From Lysobacterales bacterium (GTDB lineage Bacteria > Pseudomonadota > Gammaproteobacteria > Xanthomonadales > SZUA-38), in NCBI GenBank assembly GCA_965212525.1, contig CBDBVC010000013.1, positions 100,002-164,001 on the forward strand: 64,000 nucleotides of DNA, read 5' to 3'. Shown in pieces: positions 30,930 through 39,157 of the stretch (position 1 is its first letter; every line of letters starts with the position of its first letter). Under the pieces are notes generated by a model. The model saw only the letters and a program-made list of their open reading frames with translations. It did no database searches and was not told where the DNA came from. Position numbers and translations under genes: made by a program.

Positions 30930-31184
30930 TTAGCCGTTCAGTGGAACTTTGTATTCGACACAATCCACGGGTGTATGTTTGGGTCCCGCTGTCATCATGG
31001 TACCGCATGGTTGCCCAGCCAGAACGAGCCCGTACAGGTAAATCGTACCTTCTTTTACATCTTCATGAACACACTGTTCATATTGGATGATTGGTGGCTC
31101 AGCCGACGCTGATTCGAATCGTGTGAGCAACAGACCAGCAGCTAGAAGACCCGTCGTGAAAATGGCAATCTTTGCTTTGTTCAT
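30930..31184 (-). CDS. small secreted Cys-containing protein, unknown function
   Basis: 84 aa. Signal peptide MNKAKIAIFTTGLLAAGLLL...ASA. 3 Cys in the mature part. It lies 165 nt upstream of, and co-oriented with, the hybrid sensor gene. Confidence 0.6.
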   Translation of the reverse strand: MNKAKIAIFTTGLLAAGLLLTRFESASAEPPIIQYEQCVHEDVKEGTIYLYGLVLAGQPCGTMMTAGPKHTPVDCVEYKVPLNG

Positions 31185-31283
31185 ACTACATTTCCCTGTT
31201 CTGGATGAGATGGCGCAATCCTATTGATGGCATGACACAGCGTCAACCCAATGTCCTCAAAACTGATGATTCAGTCCCATAAA

Positions 31284-31326
31284 CTAAAGAAATTCGGTCA
31301 GCATGACTCAGGGAATGGACTGAATG
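31284..31326 (-). promoter_or_regulatory. copy P4 (weakest) of the TTCAGTCC...CTGA(G)TCA...TTTC upstream element
   Basis: The minus strand reads cATTCAGTCCattccCTGAgTCAtgctgaccgaaTTTCtttag, 100-140 nt upstream of ATG 31184. It shares the TTCAGTCC box with P1-P3. Confidence 0.35.
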
Positions 31327-31476
31327 CCCTGTAAATACTGGCCTTGCGGCTGCTGACCTGATTCGTATAGCAACCCTGATTCGCAAGACATCTTTGTCCG
31401 TTTCCAGATGGATCCAACGACCCAAACCATAAATTTACTGTCCCGGATGCCCATTTTCCTGGCTGAAATCAGGTGA

Positions 31477-31510
31477 TTTCTGTCCCCGATCTGATCACGT
31501 GTTTCAGGCC
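31477..31510 (+). promoter_or_regulatory. copy P1 of the conserved upstream element TTTCWGTCC-N7-GATCAC-N3-4-TTTCA
   Basis: TTTCTGTCCCCGATCTGATCACGTGTTTCAGGCC, 65-98 nt upstream of ATG 31575. 21 of the first 25 nt are identical to P2. A partial extra box TTTACTGTCCCGG lies at 31434-31446. Confidence 0.5.
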
Positions 31511-31574
31511 ATTCGATCGATGATGTTCTCACGGCACAACGGTGCTGATTTCATCAATCAACTGGAGAAACATC

Positions 31575-32270
31575 ATGACAAACTCAATCATCAGAAAGGT
31601 ACAGCAAATCACAGCCGCAGGCGCGCTTCTGACAGCGATTAATGTGGCCCAGGCAGAGACACCCGTGGAACTGCGCATGGACCCGAACTGGACTGAAGTA
31701 TCCACCAATGTGTTCAAGGCCGAATTGCCCAATGGAACGATCATGACTCACAGCTTTGGTATCGAAGGCATGCATGCGGCCATCGATGAACTGACTGAGC
31801 GCCAGGCCCAGACAGCAAGGAACGGCAATCAGAAGGCACTGGACGACCTGAACGCCCAGATCGATGACATTCGGGCAGAGCTGGCCGATGCCGAGCAGGC
31901 AGTTCAAACCAAATCGGGAATGGCGATGTACACCTGCGGGATCATGTGGAGCCTGTCCACCAACCATGGCTTCAGCAACCCCAGCTACTACAGCGTGTCA
32001 TCCACCGGAAACTACTACCCTGCAGGTGGTTTCGGCGGATTTGCGGTTGTCAGCGCATCAACAGTGAGCCAGGTGACTGGCACCAGTGGTCAGATGGTCA
32101 CCGACTACGATTTCTTCAGCAGCTTCGGCCACCCATCAGCACCGTTCATGCTCAACACGTTTGTCTCTACACCGACCTGGAGCGGCATGTGGTACAGCTC
32201 GGCGTCACTGAGCTACCGCGGAGCCCGATGCAATGCTTTCGAGTTCATCTCCCAGTCGGGCAACATCTGA
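31575..32270 (+). CDS. secreted protein of unknown family, island paralog A
   Basis: RBS ggagaaacatcATG. Signal peptide ...LLTAINVAQA. DPNWTEVSTNVF...SFGIEGM, then a coiled coil, then a Gly/Ser/Tyr-rich C-terminal half with conserved Cys. Collinear with the 39158-39907 protein. Confidence 0.8.
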   Translation: MTNSIIRKVQQITAAGALLTAINVAQAETPVELRMDPNWTEVSTNVFKAELPNGTIMTHSFGIEGMHAAIDELTERQAQTARNGNQKALDDLNAQIDDIRAELADAEQAVQTKSGMAMYTCGIMWSLSTNHGFSNPSYYSVSSTGNYYPAGGFGGFAVVSASTVSQVTGTSGQMVTDYDFFSSFGHPSAPFMLNTFVSTPTWSGMWYSSASLSYRGARCNAFEFISQSGNI

Positions 32271-32294
32271 TCTGCTGAAAGATCATCACACACA

Positions 32295-32322
32295 GCCCTG
32301 CCACCGTGGCGGGGCTTTTTTG
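32295..32322 (+). terminator. rho-independent terminator after paralog A
   Basis: GC-rich stem gccctgcc(ac)/(gt)ggcggggc (one G-U pair) followed by TTTTTT, 25 nt after the stop. Confidence 0.75.
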
Positions 32323-32386
32323 TGTCTGAATAAGCGGTGCTATAGTAGAGAAACGTCAATGCACTCTGTAATGATCGTTATCAGCC

Positions 32387-33718
32387 ATGATGCGAAAACT
32401 GATACCAATCTGTCTTCTATGCCCGTTCCTGGTTTCGGAGCTGACTCTGGCACAGCACCTGAATGATCAATCGGTTTACAACCAGATAGATACCATTCGA
32501 GCGATTTCATCCGGCCTGTCAATTGATGGCAACAATAGTGACTGGAATGGCATTCCCGACTATCCGGATCCGGTGGACGATGCATCAGGTGACCCCAGCC
32601 GCGACATCACCTCGGTATCACTGGCTCCGCGCGACGATGCCTGGTTGTTGCGCATCGAGACTGCAGGTACACCCTCACAACAGGATCTGGCCTTCTGGCT
32701 GTTCATTGATTACCGCAACCAGCAGGTGCTCGACCTGGAGCTTGGCCTGTACATTGGTTTTCCCGATGTACTCTGGCGCTATCCCGAAGGGGGTGACCCG
32801 GTGATGAGTAACTGGGACGAAACGATCACGGTCATTGGAAACGTGGTTGAGGCTCGTATCCCGCTGGATGCACTGGCACTGGAACTGCCCACAGACATGG
32901 CAGATGACCTGTCCGGCCCCGATGCCCGAAGCTGGGTCAGGATCATGCCGTTCACGCGTAATCTGCAGGGTGATATTGTTGACTATGGCGCAGCGGTGGC
33001 GTCCTATCGCCTCATCACCACGCCCTACCCGCTGGATCCGGCACTACCTGTGGTCCCGGGCAAGGATCCGCCCGATGCGGCCATCCCCATCCCAATGCCC
33101 ATGTCGGGCATGCAGTACGTGGATCAGGGTGCCGGCGGAATTTTTTCGCATTCGGATAAATGGGCCTACGACCTGAACCGGGTCAACAATGCCCTGCACC
33201 CGGATAGCCCGCACATGAGCGCTGACAATAGCGACTACTTTTCATTCGGTGAGGTGATTCGAGCGCCAGCATCTGGCTCGGTTTTTTCAACCGATAACAG
33301 CAATCCTGATCAGCCTCCCAGGCAGAACCCCTGTAACCCGACCGGGGTGAACTTCATGTTCCTCGACATTGGCAGTTCGGTTGGGCTGCTGTTCTCCCAC
33401 ACGCAGCAGGGAAGCATCCCGTTTTCACAGGGTAATGCCGTGAACGCCGGAGACAACATCGGTCTGGTGGGTCATTCCGGTTCCTGTTCCTGGCCGCACC
33501 TGCATCTGGAAGCACAGACCATCACCAGCGGATTCCCGTCAAGACCAATTGAATTGACCGATGTCGATGTGGGACTCAATCCGGCAGACACCGATCCCTG
33601 GCTGCGGCGAATGTCGTTGTGGGGCATCAGGGAAGGCTTCCTGGTCCGATCGGTGACCTGTGATGGCAACACGGTTTCTGTCTCGAACCACATCCATTGT
33701 GATGGTTTTGAAGACTGA
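32387..33718 (+). CDS. secreted protein with a C-terminal M23-type metallopeptidase-like domain
   Basis: Signal peptide MMRKLIPICLLCPFLVSELTLA. C-terminal GDNIGLVGHSGSCSWPHLHLEA (the HxH motif of M23 peptidases), with an upstream SHSDKWAYD as a possible H...D ligand pair. The N-terminal half is unassigned. Confidence 0.6.
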   Translation: MMRKLIPICLLCPFLVSELTLAQHLNDQSVYNQIDTIRAISSGLSIDGNNSDWNGIPDYPDPVDDASGDPSRDITSVSLAPRDDAWLLRIETAGTPSQQDLAFWLFIDYRNQQVLDLELGLYIGFPDVLWRYPEGGDPVMSNWDETITVIGNVVEARIPLDALALELPTDMADDLSGPDARSWVRIMPFTRNLQGDIVDYGAAVASYRLITTPYPLDPALPVVPGKDPPDAAIPIPMPMSGMQYVDQGAGGIFSHSDKWAYDLNRVNNALHPDSPHMSADNSDYFSFGEVIRAPASGSVFSTDNSNPDQPPRQNPCNPTGVNFMFLDIGSSVGLLFSHTQQGSIPFSQGNAVNAGDNIGLVGHSGSCSWPHLHLEAQTITSGFPSRPIELTDVDVGLNPADTDPWLRRMSLWGIREGFLVRSVTCDGNTVSVSNHIHCDGFED

Positions 33719-33815
33719 GAGTTTTCGATAACAAACTAACCACCAGCAACGTCAGATATCCCCAGTCGCAGTGTTTTTATCCATGCTGATATTGATCATG
33801 GCCTGTATTCGAATG

Positions 33816-33858
33816 TTTCAGTCCCGAATCTGATCACGGCTATTACAGGTTTCAGCCC
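33816..33858 (+). promoter_or_regulatory. copy P2 of the conserved upstream element
   Basis: TTTCAGTCCCGAATCTGATCACGGCTATTACAGGTTTCAGCCC, 90-132 nt upstream of ATG 33948. The RBS-start context ggagaaacatcATGa is identical to that of paralog A. Confidence 0.5.
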
Positions 33859-33947
33859 AGAATCTCCTCTACCGAATGTACGGCACGTCAGAGTCCTAAA
33901 AACGATGCCGTCAACCCGGAACCACCACACTAATGAGGAGAAACATC

Positions 33948-36056
33948 ATGAAAACCCAATCACTCATGCTGCTCTGGTGCCTTACCAGTACAGCACTGAT
34001 GGCGGCACCACCCACCGTCGATATCGCCAGTGTACAGAGTCTGTCCGATCAGCCAGTCCTGGTGGCCAGTGCCATGATTGCAGAGGATACCAAATCAACT
34101 ACCAGGACCATTGACGAGGCATCGCTGATGGCGGCATTCGACAATCACCCCGACCTGGTCTATGCCACCCCGATGGCCGTTGATGCGACGGACTTCAAAT
34201 CACTGCAGCATTACGGCTCCTATCTGATCGAGCTGGCGGATGGAAACATCATCGAGGTGATTGCCGAGCGCAAGAAGACTGTCATGGATCGCATGCTGTT
34301 TGTCAGCGGGCCCATCGCCGGTTTTGAAGACGAACAGATCGCCCGTGCCACGGTGGCCTTCACCGATGAGGGCATGATCGCAGATCTGCAATTGCCTGAT
34401 GGTCAGTACCAGATCCGTTCTGTCGCCGGCATGAACTGGCTGTTCGACCCTGAGGCGCTCGCCAATATGGATAACATGGGAACACTGATCGGCGATCAGC
34501 CTGCCCTCCATCTGGGTCACGATCCTGAGATCGGTCATCAGCACGGCAATGCCTCTACCAAATCAACCTTTACGACACTCAATGTGGCACTGGTACTGAG
34601 CAAGACTCACGGCACCAATGCAAGCGGTATATCATCAGCACTGTACAGGCTGGAACTCGCCAATGATGAACTGGAGCGCACAGGGGTCAATCTGCGGTAC
34701 AACCCGACCCTGGTGACTCGGGTCAAACCGTCACGCGACAACCAGCTCAATAATCGTTCAGACATTACAGCTCAGAACTTTAGCGCTTCCGGTACCAGCT
34801 GGCTCGATCTGAATTTTTCGGGTTTGCAGACCAGTCCGTCAAATCTCAGCAGTGTTCACATCAATCAGTATGTCCTGCTGATTGGCCCAGGTTCTGACAC
34901 CTTGTGTGGTGCCACCGTGACAGCACCCAACCAGACCGGACGATACAGTGTGGTTCGGGCAAATGGCTGTACCGACCCCTGGACGATGGCCCACGAACTT
35001 GGCCATAACCTGAGTTGTGTGCACGAGGATGGCGCGATCAAACCGTTCAATCTGTTTGGTGATCCTGCTCTTCCCGCAGTCTGGAAGAGTGTCATGACAA
35101 CAGGCTATTCTGCTCAAGCCGTGCCGCGCCAGTTCAAGATCTTCTTCACAGCCGGCAATGACAGCCCGACGAGCATGCTTTGTGGCGGTTTCTGTAACAC
35201 CTTCCCTGCTGCCGCACACGATTGTGCCGGCAAGATGGAAGCAGTGGCCCCAGGCATGGCCAACCAGTTTGATGTAATCAATCTGCCGGCAGCCAGTATC
35301 CCGCCCGATGCCTTCGAGGTAGACGATACGGCCAGTCTGGCCAGCGATTATCTCGGTGTCGCGCAGAATCACAACTTTCACGACAACGGTGATTCCGACT
35401 GGATACGCTACTACAGCACACCGGCCCAGATCAGCATTCGCACCACCAACCTGGGCCCCAACGCCGACACCTGCATGAGACTTTACCGTTCAAATTCAAC
35501 GGCCACGGGCACCTCTGGCGGCATCATCGCCTCCAACTGTGATGGTGGGCCTGGCCAATCCTCGGTCATCAACTTTACCCAGAATGACGAATGGGTGTAT
35601 TACATACGAGTCTATTCTCAGAATAGCAATGTCTCAGGTCAGGGCACCAATTACACCTTCAGCCTGACAGCGACACCGCTGTCGTCGACACCGGATGCCT
35701 GGGAAGTGGATGATACGGCCAGCCAGGCTTCATCCTATCTGGGATCACCACAGGCACACGACTTCCATGATGCCGGTGATGTGGACTGGATTCTCTATTA
35801 CGCCCCTGCAGGCTTCAGAACGATCACGGCCACCGCCATTGGCAGTAATTCAGATCCCTGTATTCGTCTGTATCGATCTAACAGTACAGCCACAGGCACA
35901 TCGGGCGGCATTATCGCGTCCAACTGCGATGGCGGGCCTGGTCAATCAGCACGAATCGTGTTCAACCAGCCCGATGATTTCGTTTATTTCGTCAGAGTTC
36001 ATCACCAGACGAATGGCTTTGGAGCCAACACCCAGTATTCATTGAGTGTTCAATAA
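33948..36056 (+). CDS. secreted zinc metalloprotease (metzincin/reprolysin-like HExxHxxxxxH) with two tandem PPC-like C-terminal domains
   Basis: Signal peptide MKTQSLMLLWCLTSTALMA. Active-site motif MAHELGHNLSCVHEDG. Two roughly 125-aa C-terminal repeats start at PDAFEVDDTAS and PDAWEVDDTAS. Confidence 0.8.
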   Translation: MKTQSLMLLWCLTSTALMAAPPTVDIASVQSLSDQPVLVASAMIAEDTKSTTRTIDEASLMAAFDNHPDLVYATPMAVDATDFKSLQHYGSYLIELADGNIIEVIAERKKTVMDRMLFVSGPIAGFEDEQIARATVAFTDEGMIADLQLPDGQYQIRSVAGMNWLFDPEALANMDNMGTLIGDQPALHLGHDPEIGHQHGNASTKSTFTTLNVALVLSKTHGTNASGISSALYRLELANDELERTGVNLRYNPTLVTRVKPSRDNQLNNRSDITAQNFSASGTSWLDLNFSGLQTSPSNLSSVHINQYVLLIGPGSDTLCGATVTAPNQTGRYSVVRANGCTDPWTMAHELGHNLSCVHEDGAIKPFNLFGDPALPAVWKSVMTTGYSAQAVPRQFKIFFTAGNDSPTSMLCGGFCNTFPAAAHDCAGKMEAVAPGMANQFDVINLPAASIPPDAFEVDDTASLASDYLGVAQNHNFHDNGDSDWIRYYSTPAQISIRTTNLGPNADTCMRLYRSNSTATGTSGGIIASNCDGGPGQSSVINFTQNDEWVYYIRVYSQNSNVSGQGTNYTFSLTATPLSSTPDAWEVDDTASQASSYLGSPQAHDFHDAGDVDWILYYAPAGFRTITATAIGSNSDPCIRLYRSNSTATGTSGGIIASNCDGGPGQSARIVFNQPDDFVYFVRVHHQTNGFGANTQYSLSVQ
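35304..36053 (+). repeat. intragenic tandem duplication: two PPC-like domains (about 35304-35690 and 35691-36053)
   Basis: The two domains align along their full length. A 28-aa block RLYRSNSTATGTSGGIIASNCDGGPGQS is identical (nt 35478-35561 vs 35865-35948), although 17 of the 28 codons differ synonymously. Confidence 0.85.
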
Positions 36057-36067
36057 TCGATCTCTTC

Positions 36068-36105
36068 CCAGTGCGCTGCAGCAATGCAGCGCACTGGTCT
36101 TCGTT
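36068..36105 (+). terminator. rho-independent terminator after the metalloprotease gene
   Basis: Perfect 13-bp stem ccagtgcgctgca/tgcagcgcactgg with loop gcaa, followed by TCTTCGTT. Confidence 0.7.
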
Positions 36106-36208
36106 ATAACCCACCGCAAGATTGCCTGTTACGATCAAAGATGAGACTCGGCTCCCTGGAAGCCAGTCTCGTACTGTTAGAATAATCCAGAGCCTCAACG
36201 AGAAGCAT

Positions 36209-36715
36209 ATGCCATTCACGCCACTCCACATGGGCCCGGGCCTGCTGATCAAGTCACTGCTGCAGGGCAGTTTCAGCCTGATGGTGTTCGGCTGGACCCA
36301 GATCGTGATGGACATTCAACCACTCATCGTACTGTTGAGCGGTGAGGGTCACCTGCACGGATTCACCCACACCTTTGTCGGTGCCAGCCTGATTGCCGTC
36401 TTTTCTGCACTCACTGGAAAGTACCTGTCCGAACTCGGATTGGTGATATTACGCATCTCCGCAGATAGCCCCATTCGAATCGCATGGTGGATTGCATTTC
36501 TCAGTGCGTTCATCGGCTCGTATTCTCATGTTGTCCTCGACAGCATGATGCATGCCGACGTTGAACCATTCTGGCCATTCACTACAGCCAACCCCATGTT
36601 GTCCTGGAGCAGTGCTGCTACCGTCCACCGGATCTGTCTGTACACCGGATTGCTGGGAGCAGCCATCTATTTCGCACTCAACTGGCGACTGATTCAACAG
36701 CAGCAGTGGCGCTGA
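36209..36715 (+). CDS. integral membrane protein, DUF4184 / YdjM-like metal-dependent hydrolase-like
   Basis: Starts MPFTPLHMGPG (typical DUF4184 N-terminus). His-rich motifs (GHLHGFTHTF, SYSHVVLDSMMHAD). 4-5 TM segments. ATG 36209 is preferred over the listed 36122. Confidence 0.6.
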   Translation: MPFTPLHMGPGLLIKSLLQGSFSLMVFGWTQIVMDIQPLIVLLSGEGHLHGFTHTFVGASLIAVFSALTGKYLSELGLVILRISADSPIRIAWWIAFLSAFIGSYSHVVLDSMMHADVEPFWPFTTANPMLSWSSAATVHRICLYTGLLGAAIYFALNWRLIQQQQWR

Positions 36716-36827
36716 TCGGGCCGCTCTGTATAAGCAATACCTGGGGTTTTTCCACTGCAAAAATCTTTCCTGATTCCTGAAGAATGATGCCCGAGTTTTC
36801 AAATGTCAGGCATAATTATAAAAATGA

Positions 36828-36855
36828 TTGACAAATATCGCTGATCACTGACAAT
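36828..36855 (+). promoter_or_regulatory. sigma70-like promoter candidate TTGACA-N16-GACAAT
   Basis: Exact -35 hexamer TTGACA (36828-36833), a 16-nt spacer, then GACAAT (36850-36855). It sits in the 439-nt gap upstream of lipA. The spacer contains CTGATCAC. Confidence 0.4.
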
Positions 36856-36918
36856 ACACCTTGCCGTCTGCTGTATGTTCAATCAGGTATCTCTCCCACA
36901 GATGCGAATACAGCAGAT

Positions 36919-36960
36919 CACCGGCCTGCTGGTGAGGACCAGCAGGCCGGTGGTATTTTC
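36919..36960 (+). terminator. strong stem-loop with a short U-tract, in the gap upstream of lipA
   Basis: Perfect 15-bp stem caccggcctgctggt/accagcaggccggtg with loop gagg, followed by gTATTTTC. It is preceded by a second 9-bp hairpin (36868-36876 pairs with 36908-36916). Confidence 0.55.
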
Positions 36961-37154
36961 GCTTCATCGCATCAGATCAATCCTTTTTACAGAACATGCA
37001 TGTTAATTCAAGCGGGCACTCATCTGAATGGTACTTGTCACGAGTATTTCAAACGATCGTTTGACTTTTTGTCTTTCTGCACGGTAAGCTCAGAGCCGTT
37101 ACCATTGAGCGGTAGCACACAGCAGTTAATCATGGAAACCTTGAGGGAGGGGAT

Positions 37155-38102
37155 ATGACTCATTCACGCAACGTGGGTGTCGCTGTTTTTCTGGCTGGAT
37201 TATTGCTTTGCTGCAGCACGGCACAGTCTGCCTGGTGGAACAGTTCGTACACCAAGACCAGAAACCCGATTGTACTTGTTCATGGCCTGTTCGGCTTCGA
37301 CCAGGCGTTCGGACTCTACGATTATTTCTACCGCATACCTGGCGCGCTGGAAGACGGTGGTGCCACGGTCTATATCGCCGATGTCTCGGCAGCCAATTCC
37401 AGCGAGCTTCGCGGTGAACAGCTGATCGAGCAACTCGATACCCTGCGAGCACTCTACGGTCATGCGCGGTTCAATCTGATCGGTCATTCACACGGTGCAC
37501 CTACCGTCCGCTATGCCGCATCAGTGAGACCAGATCTTGTTGCATCCGTCACCTCGGTGGGCGGACCCAACGCCGGTAGTCCGGTCGCCGATGCCGTGCG
37601 TACCGTGGCACCACCGGGTTCGTCACTGGAAGCCATGCTGGCCGCACTCACCAATGCGCTGGCCGTATTCATAGAAGCCATCTCCGGCGGGACAGGTGAC
37701 CCACAGGATGTGGTCGATGCACTGGATGCACTGACCAGCGACGGTGCTGCTGCTTTCAATGCCAACTACCCTGAAGGCATGCCCGTCACCAGTTGTGGTG
37801 AGGGTGCCTCTGTGGTCAATGGAATCCGCTACTACTCATTCAGTGGCACCGGCGTTTTCAGGAACGCACTGGATCCGGCCGACTACGCCCTGGCGGCCAC
37901 CAGTGTGTTCTTTTTCGGATCGGCCAATGACGGCCTTGTCGGTCGTTGCTCATCCCATCTGGGCGATGTACTGCGTGACAATTACCCGTGGAATCACGGC
38001 GATGAGGTGAACCAGGTACTCGGACTGCGCGGTCTGTTTACCCCCAACCCGACATCGGTCTACCGTGCACACGCCAACCGGCTGAAGAACCGGGGATTGT
38101 AA
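37155..38102 (+). CDS. lipA: triacylglycerol lipase, family I.1/I.2 (Pseudomonas LipA type)
   Basis: Collinear with P. aeruginosa LipA: NPIVLVHGLFGFD, SELRGEQL, NLIGHSHGAPTVRY (GHSHG nucleophile), NDGLVGRCSSHLG, NHGDEVNQ, VYRAHANRLKNRGL. RBS gagggagggg. Confidence 0.95.
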   Translation: MTHSRNVGVAVFLAGLLLCCSTAQSAWWNSSYTKTRNPIVLVHGLFGFDQAFGLYDYFYRIPGALEDGGATVYIADVSAANSSELRGEQLIEQLDTLRALYGHARFNLIGHSHGAPTVRYAASVRPDLVASVTSVGGPNAGSPVADAVRTVAPPGSSLEAMLAALTNALAVFIEAISGGTGDPQDVVDALDALTSDGAAAFNANYPEGMPVTSCGEGASVVNGIRYYSFSGTGVFRNALDPADYALAATSVFFFGSANDGLVGRCSSHLGDVLRDNYPWNHGDEVNQVLGLRGLFTPNPTSVYRAHANRLKNRGL

Positions 38103-39074
38103 TTGGCCAGATGGCTTCATATTGCAGGATGGTCGTCGCTGACGATCATCCTGTTGTGGTTCAGTCATGCACCGGATTCCGGACAGAGAGGAATCACTGA
38201 GCCCAGGCGGCCTGATGCGTTGACCCAGCCTGAAGCAGCTGTTCCTGCTGAGTCTCAGAATACGAATGCGTCATTACAGTCGCCACGACTCAAGGTGATC
38301 GACAGAGCCGGCCCGATTGTCAGTTACATTGACACCGAACCGGATGGTGCAATTCAGACACAAGCTGACGGAAGCCTGATTCGGAATCGGGAACTGAGAC
38401 GATTGTTCGATTATTTTCTGTCCGCAATGGGCGAACTGGAACTGGATGAGATCCGCACCGAACTGATTGCATTTATCGATCGATCGGGAAACAGCCATCT
38501 GTTACCTGACATTCTGGATGCATTTGATGATTACCAGCAGTATCTGCTGGCACTTGAATCGTTTTCGCTCTCTCTGGATCCCGATCTCAAACTGGCCGAT
38601 CGTCTCGAGCTGCTGTCCAAATTTCGCCGTCAGACACTCGGCGAGACACTGGCTGCTGACTATTTTGCAGACGAGGAAGCCTATGCCCGTTACAGGCTGG
38701 CCAAGTCAGGGCGTACGGTTGATCTTCAGCCGGAGGAGAGTGAGCAGGAACGCTGGCAGAGGGTCGAGGACCTGGCCATGGGTCATCAGACCGTGATTGA
38801 TGAAACCCGTGATTTCGAGCAGGAACAGATGAACGCTGCTGCCCGGTTCAGCATTCGCAGCCAGCAATACGGGGACGCTGCCGCAATTCGTCTTGCCGAA
38901 CTGGATCAGTCACGTTCGGAATTCAATGACATGGTTTCTCACTATATTGATCAGCGCAGACACATCGAGAAGTCAGGTAATGATCGAATGGTGCTGAAGC
39001 AACTTCATGCCCGCTACACAGCGCACGAGCTGAAGCGTTTACAGGTCTACTGGCAAGCTCACAAGAATGGGTAG
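38103..39074 (+). CDS. lif: lipase-specific foldase (Lif chaperone)
   Basis: Immediately follows the lipA stop. N-terminal TM anchor. Contains the Lif signature RxxFDY(F/C)L(S/T)A as RRLFDYFLSA. The start codon is uncertain (TTG 38103). Confidence 0.9.
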   Translation: MARWLHIAGWSSLTIILLWFSHAPDSGQRGITEPRRPDALTQPEAAVPAESQNTNASLQSPRLKVIDRAGPIVSYIDTEPDGAIQTQADGSLIRNRELRRLFDYFLSAMGELELDEIRTELIAFIDRSGNSHLLPDILDAFDDYQQYLLALESFSLSLDPDLKLADRLELLSKFRRQTLGETLAADYFADEEAYARYRLAKSGRTVDLQPEESEQERWQRVEDLAMGHQTVIDETRDFEQEQMNAAARFSIRSQQYGDAAAIRLAELDQSRSEFNDMVSHYIDQRRHIEKSGNDRMVLKQLHARYTAHELKRLQVYWQAHKNG

Positions 39075-39110
39075 TTAGCCACGGCGAGCTGTTCATTATC
39101 GACATCAGAA

Positions 39111-39138
39111 TTCAATGGCCGGCAAGCCGGCCATTGAA
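39111..39138. terminator. bidirectional stem-loop between convergent lif and paralog B
   Basis: 13-nt inverted repeat ttcaatggccggc/gccggccattgaa centred between the two stops. The flanks are moderately T-rich on both strands. Confidence 0.55.
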
Positions 39139-39157
39139 CATTCAGACTCTGAAAATT

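Noticed and set aside
36839-36850. CTGATCAC in the lipA upstream promoter spacer, considered as a fifth copy of the island element.
   Set aside because: Only an 8-mer is shared, the TTTCWGTCC box is missing, and an 8-mer is expected about twice by chance in 64 kb when both strands are read.
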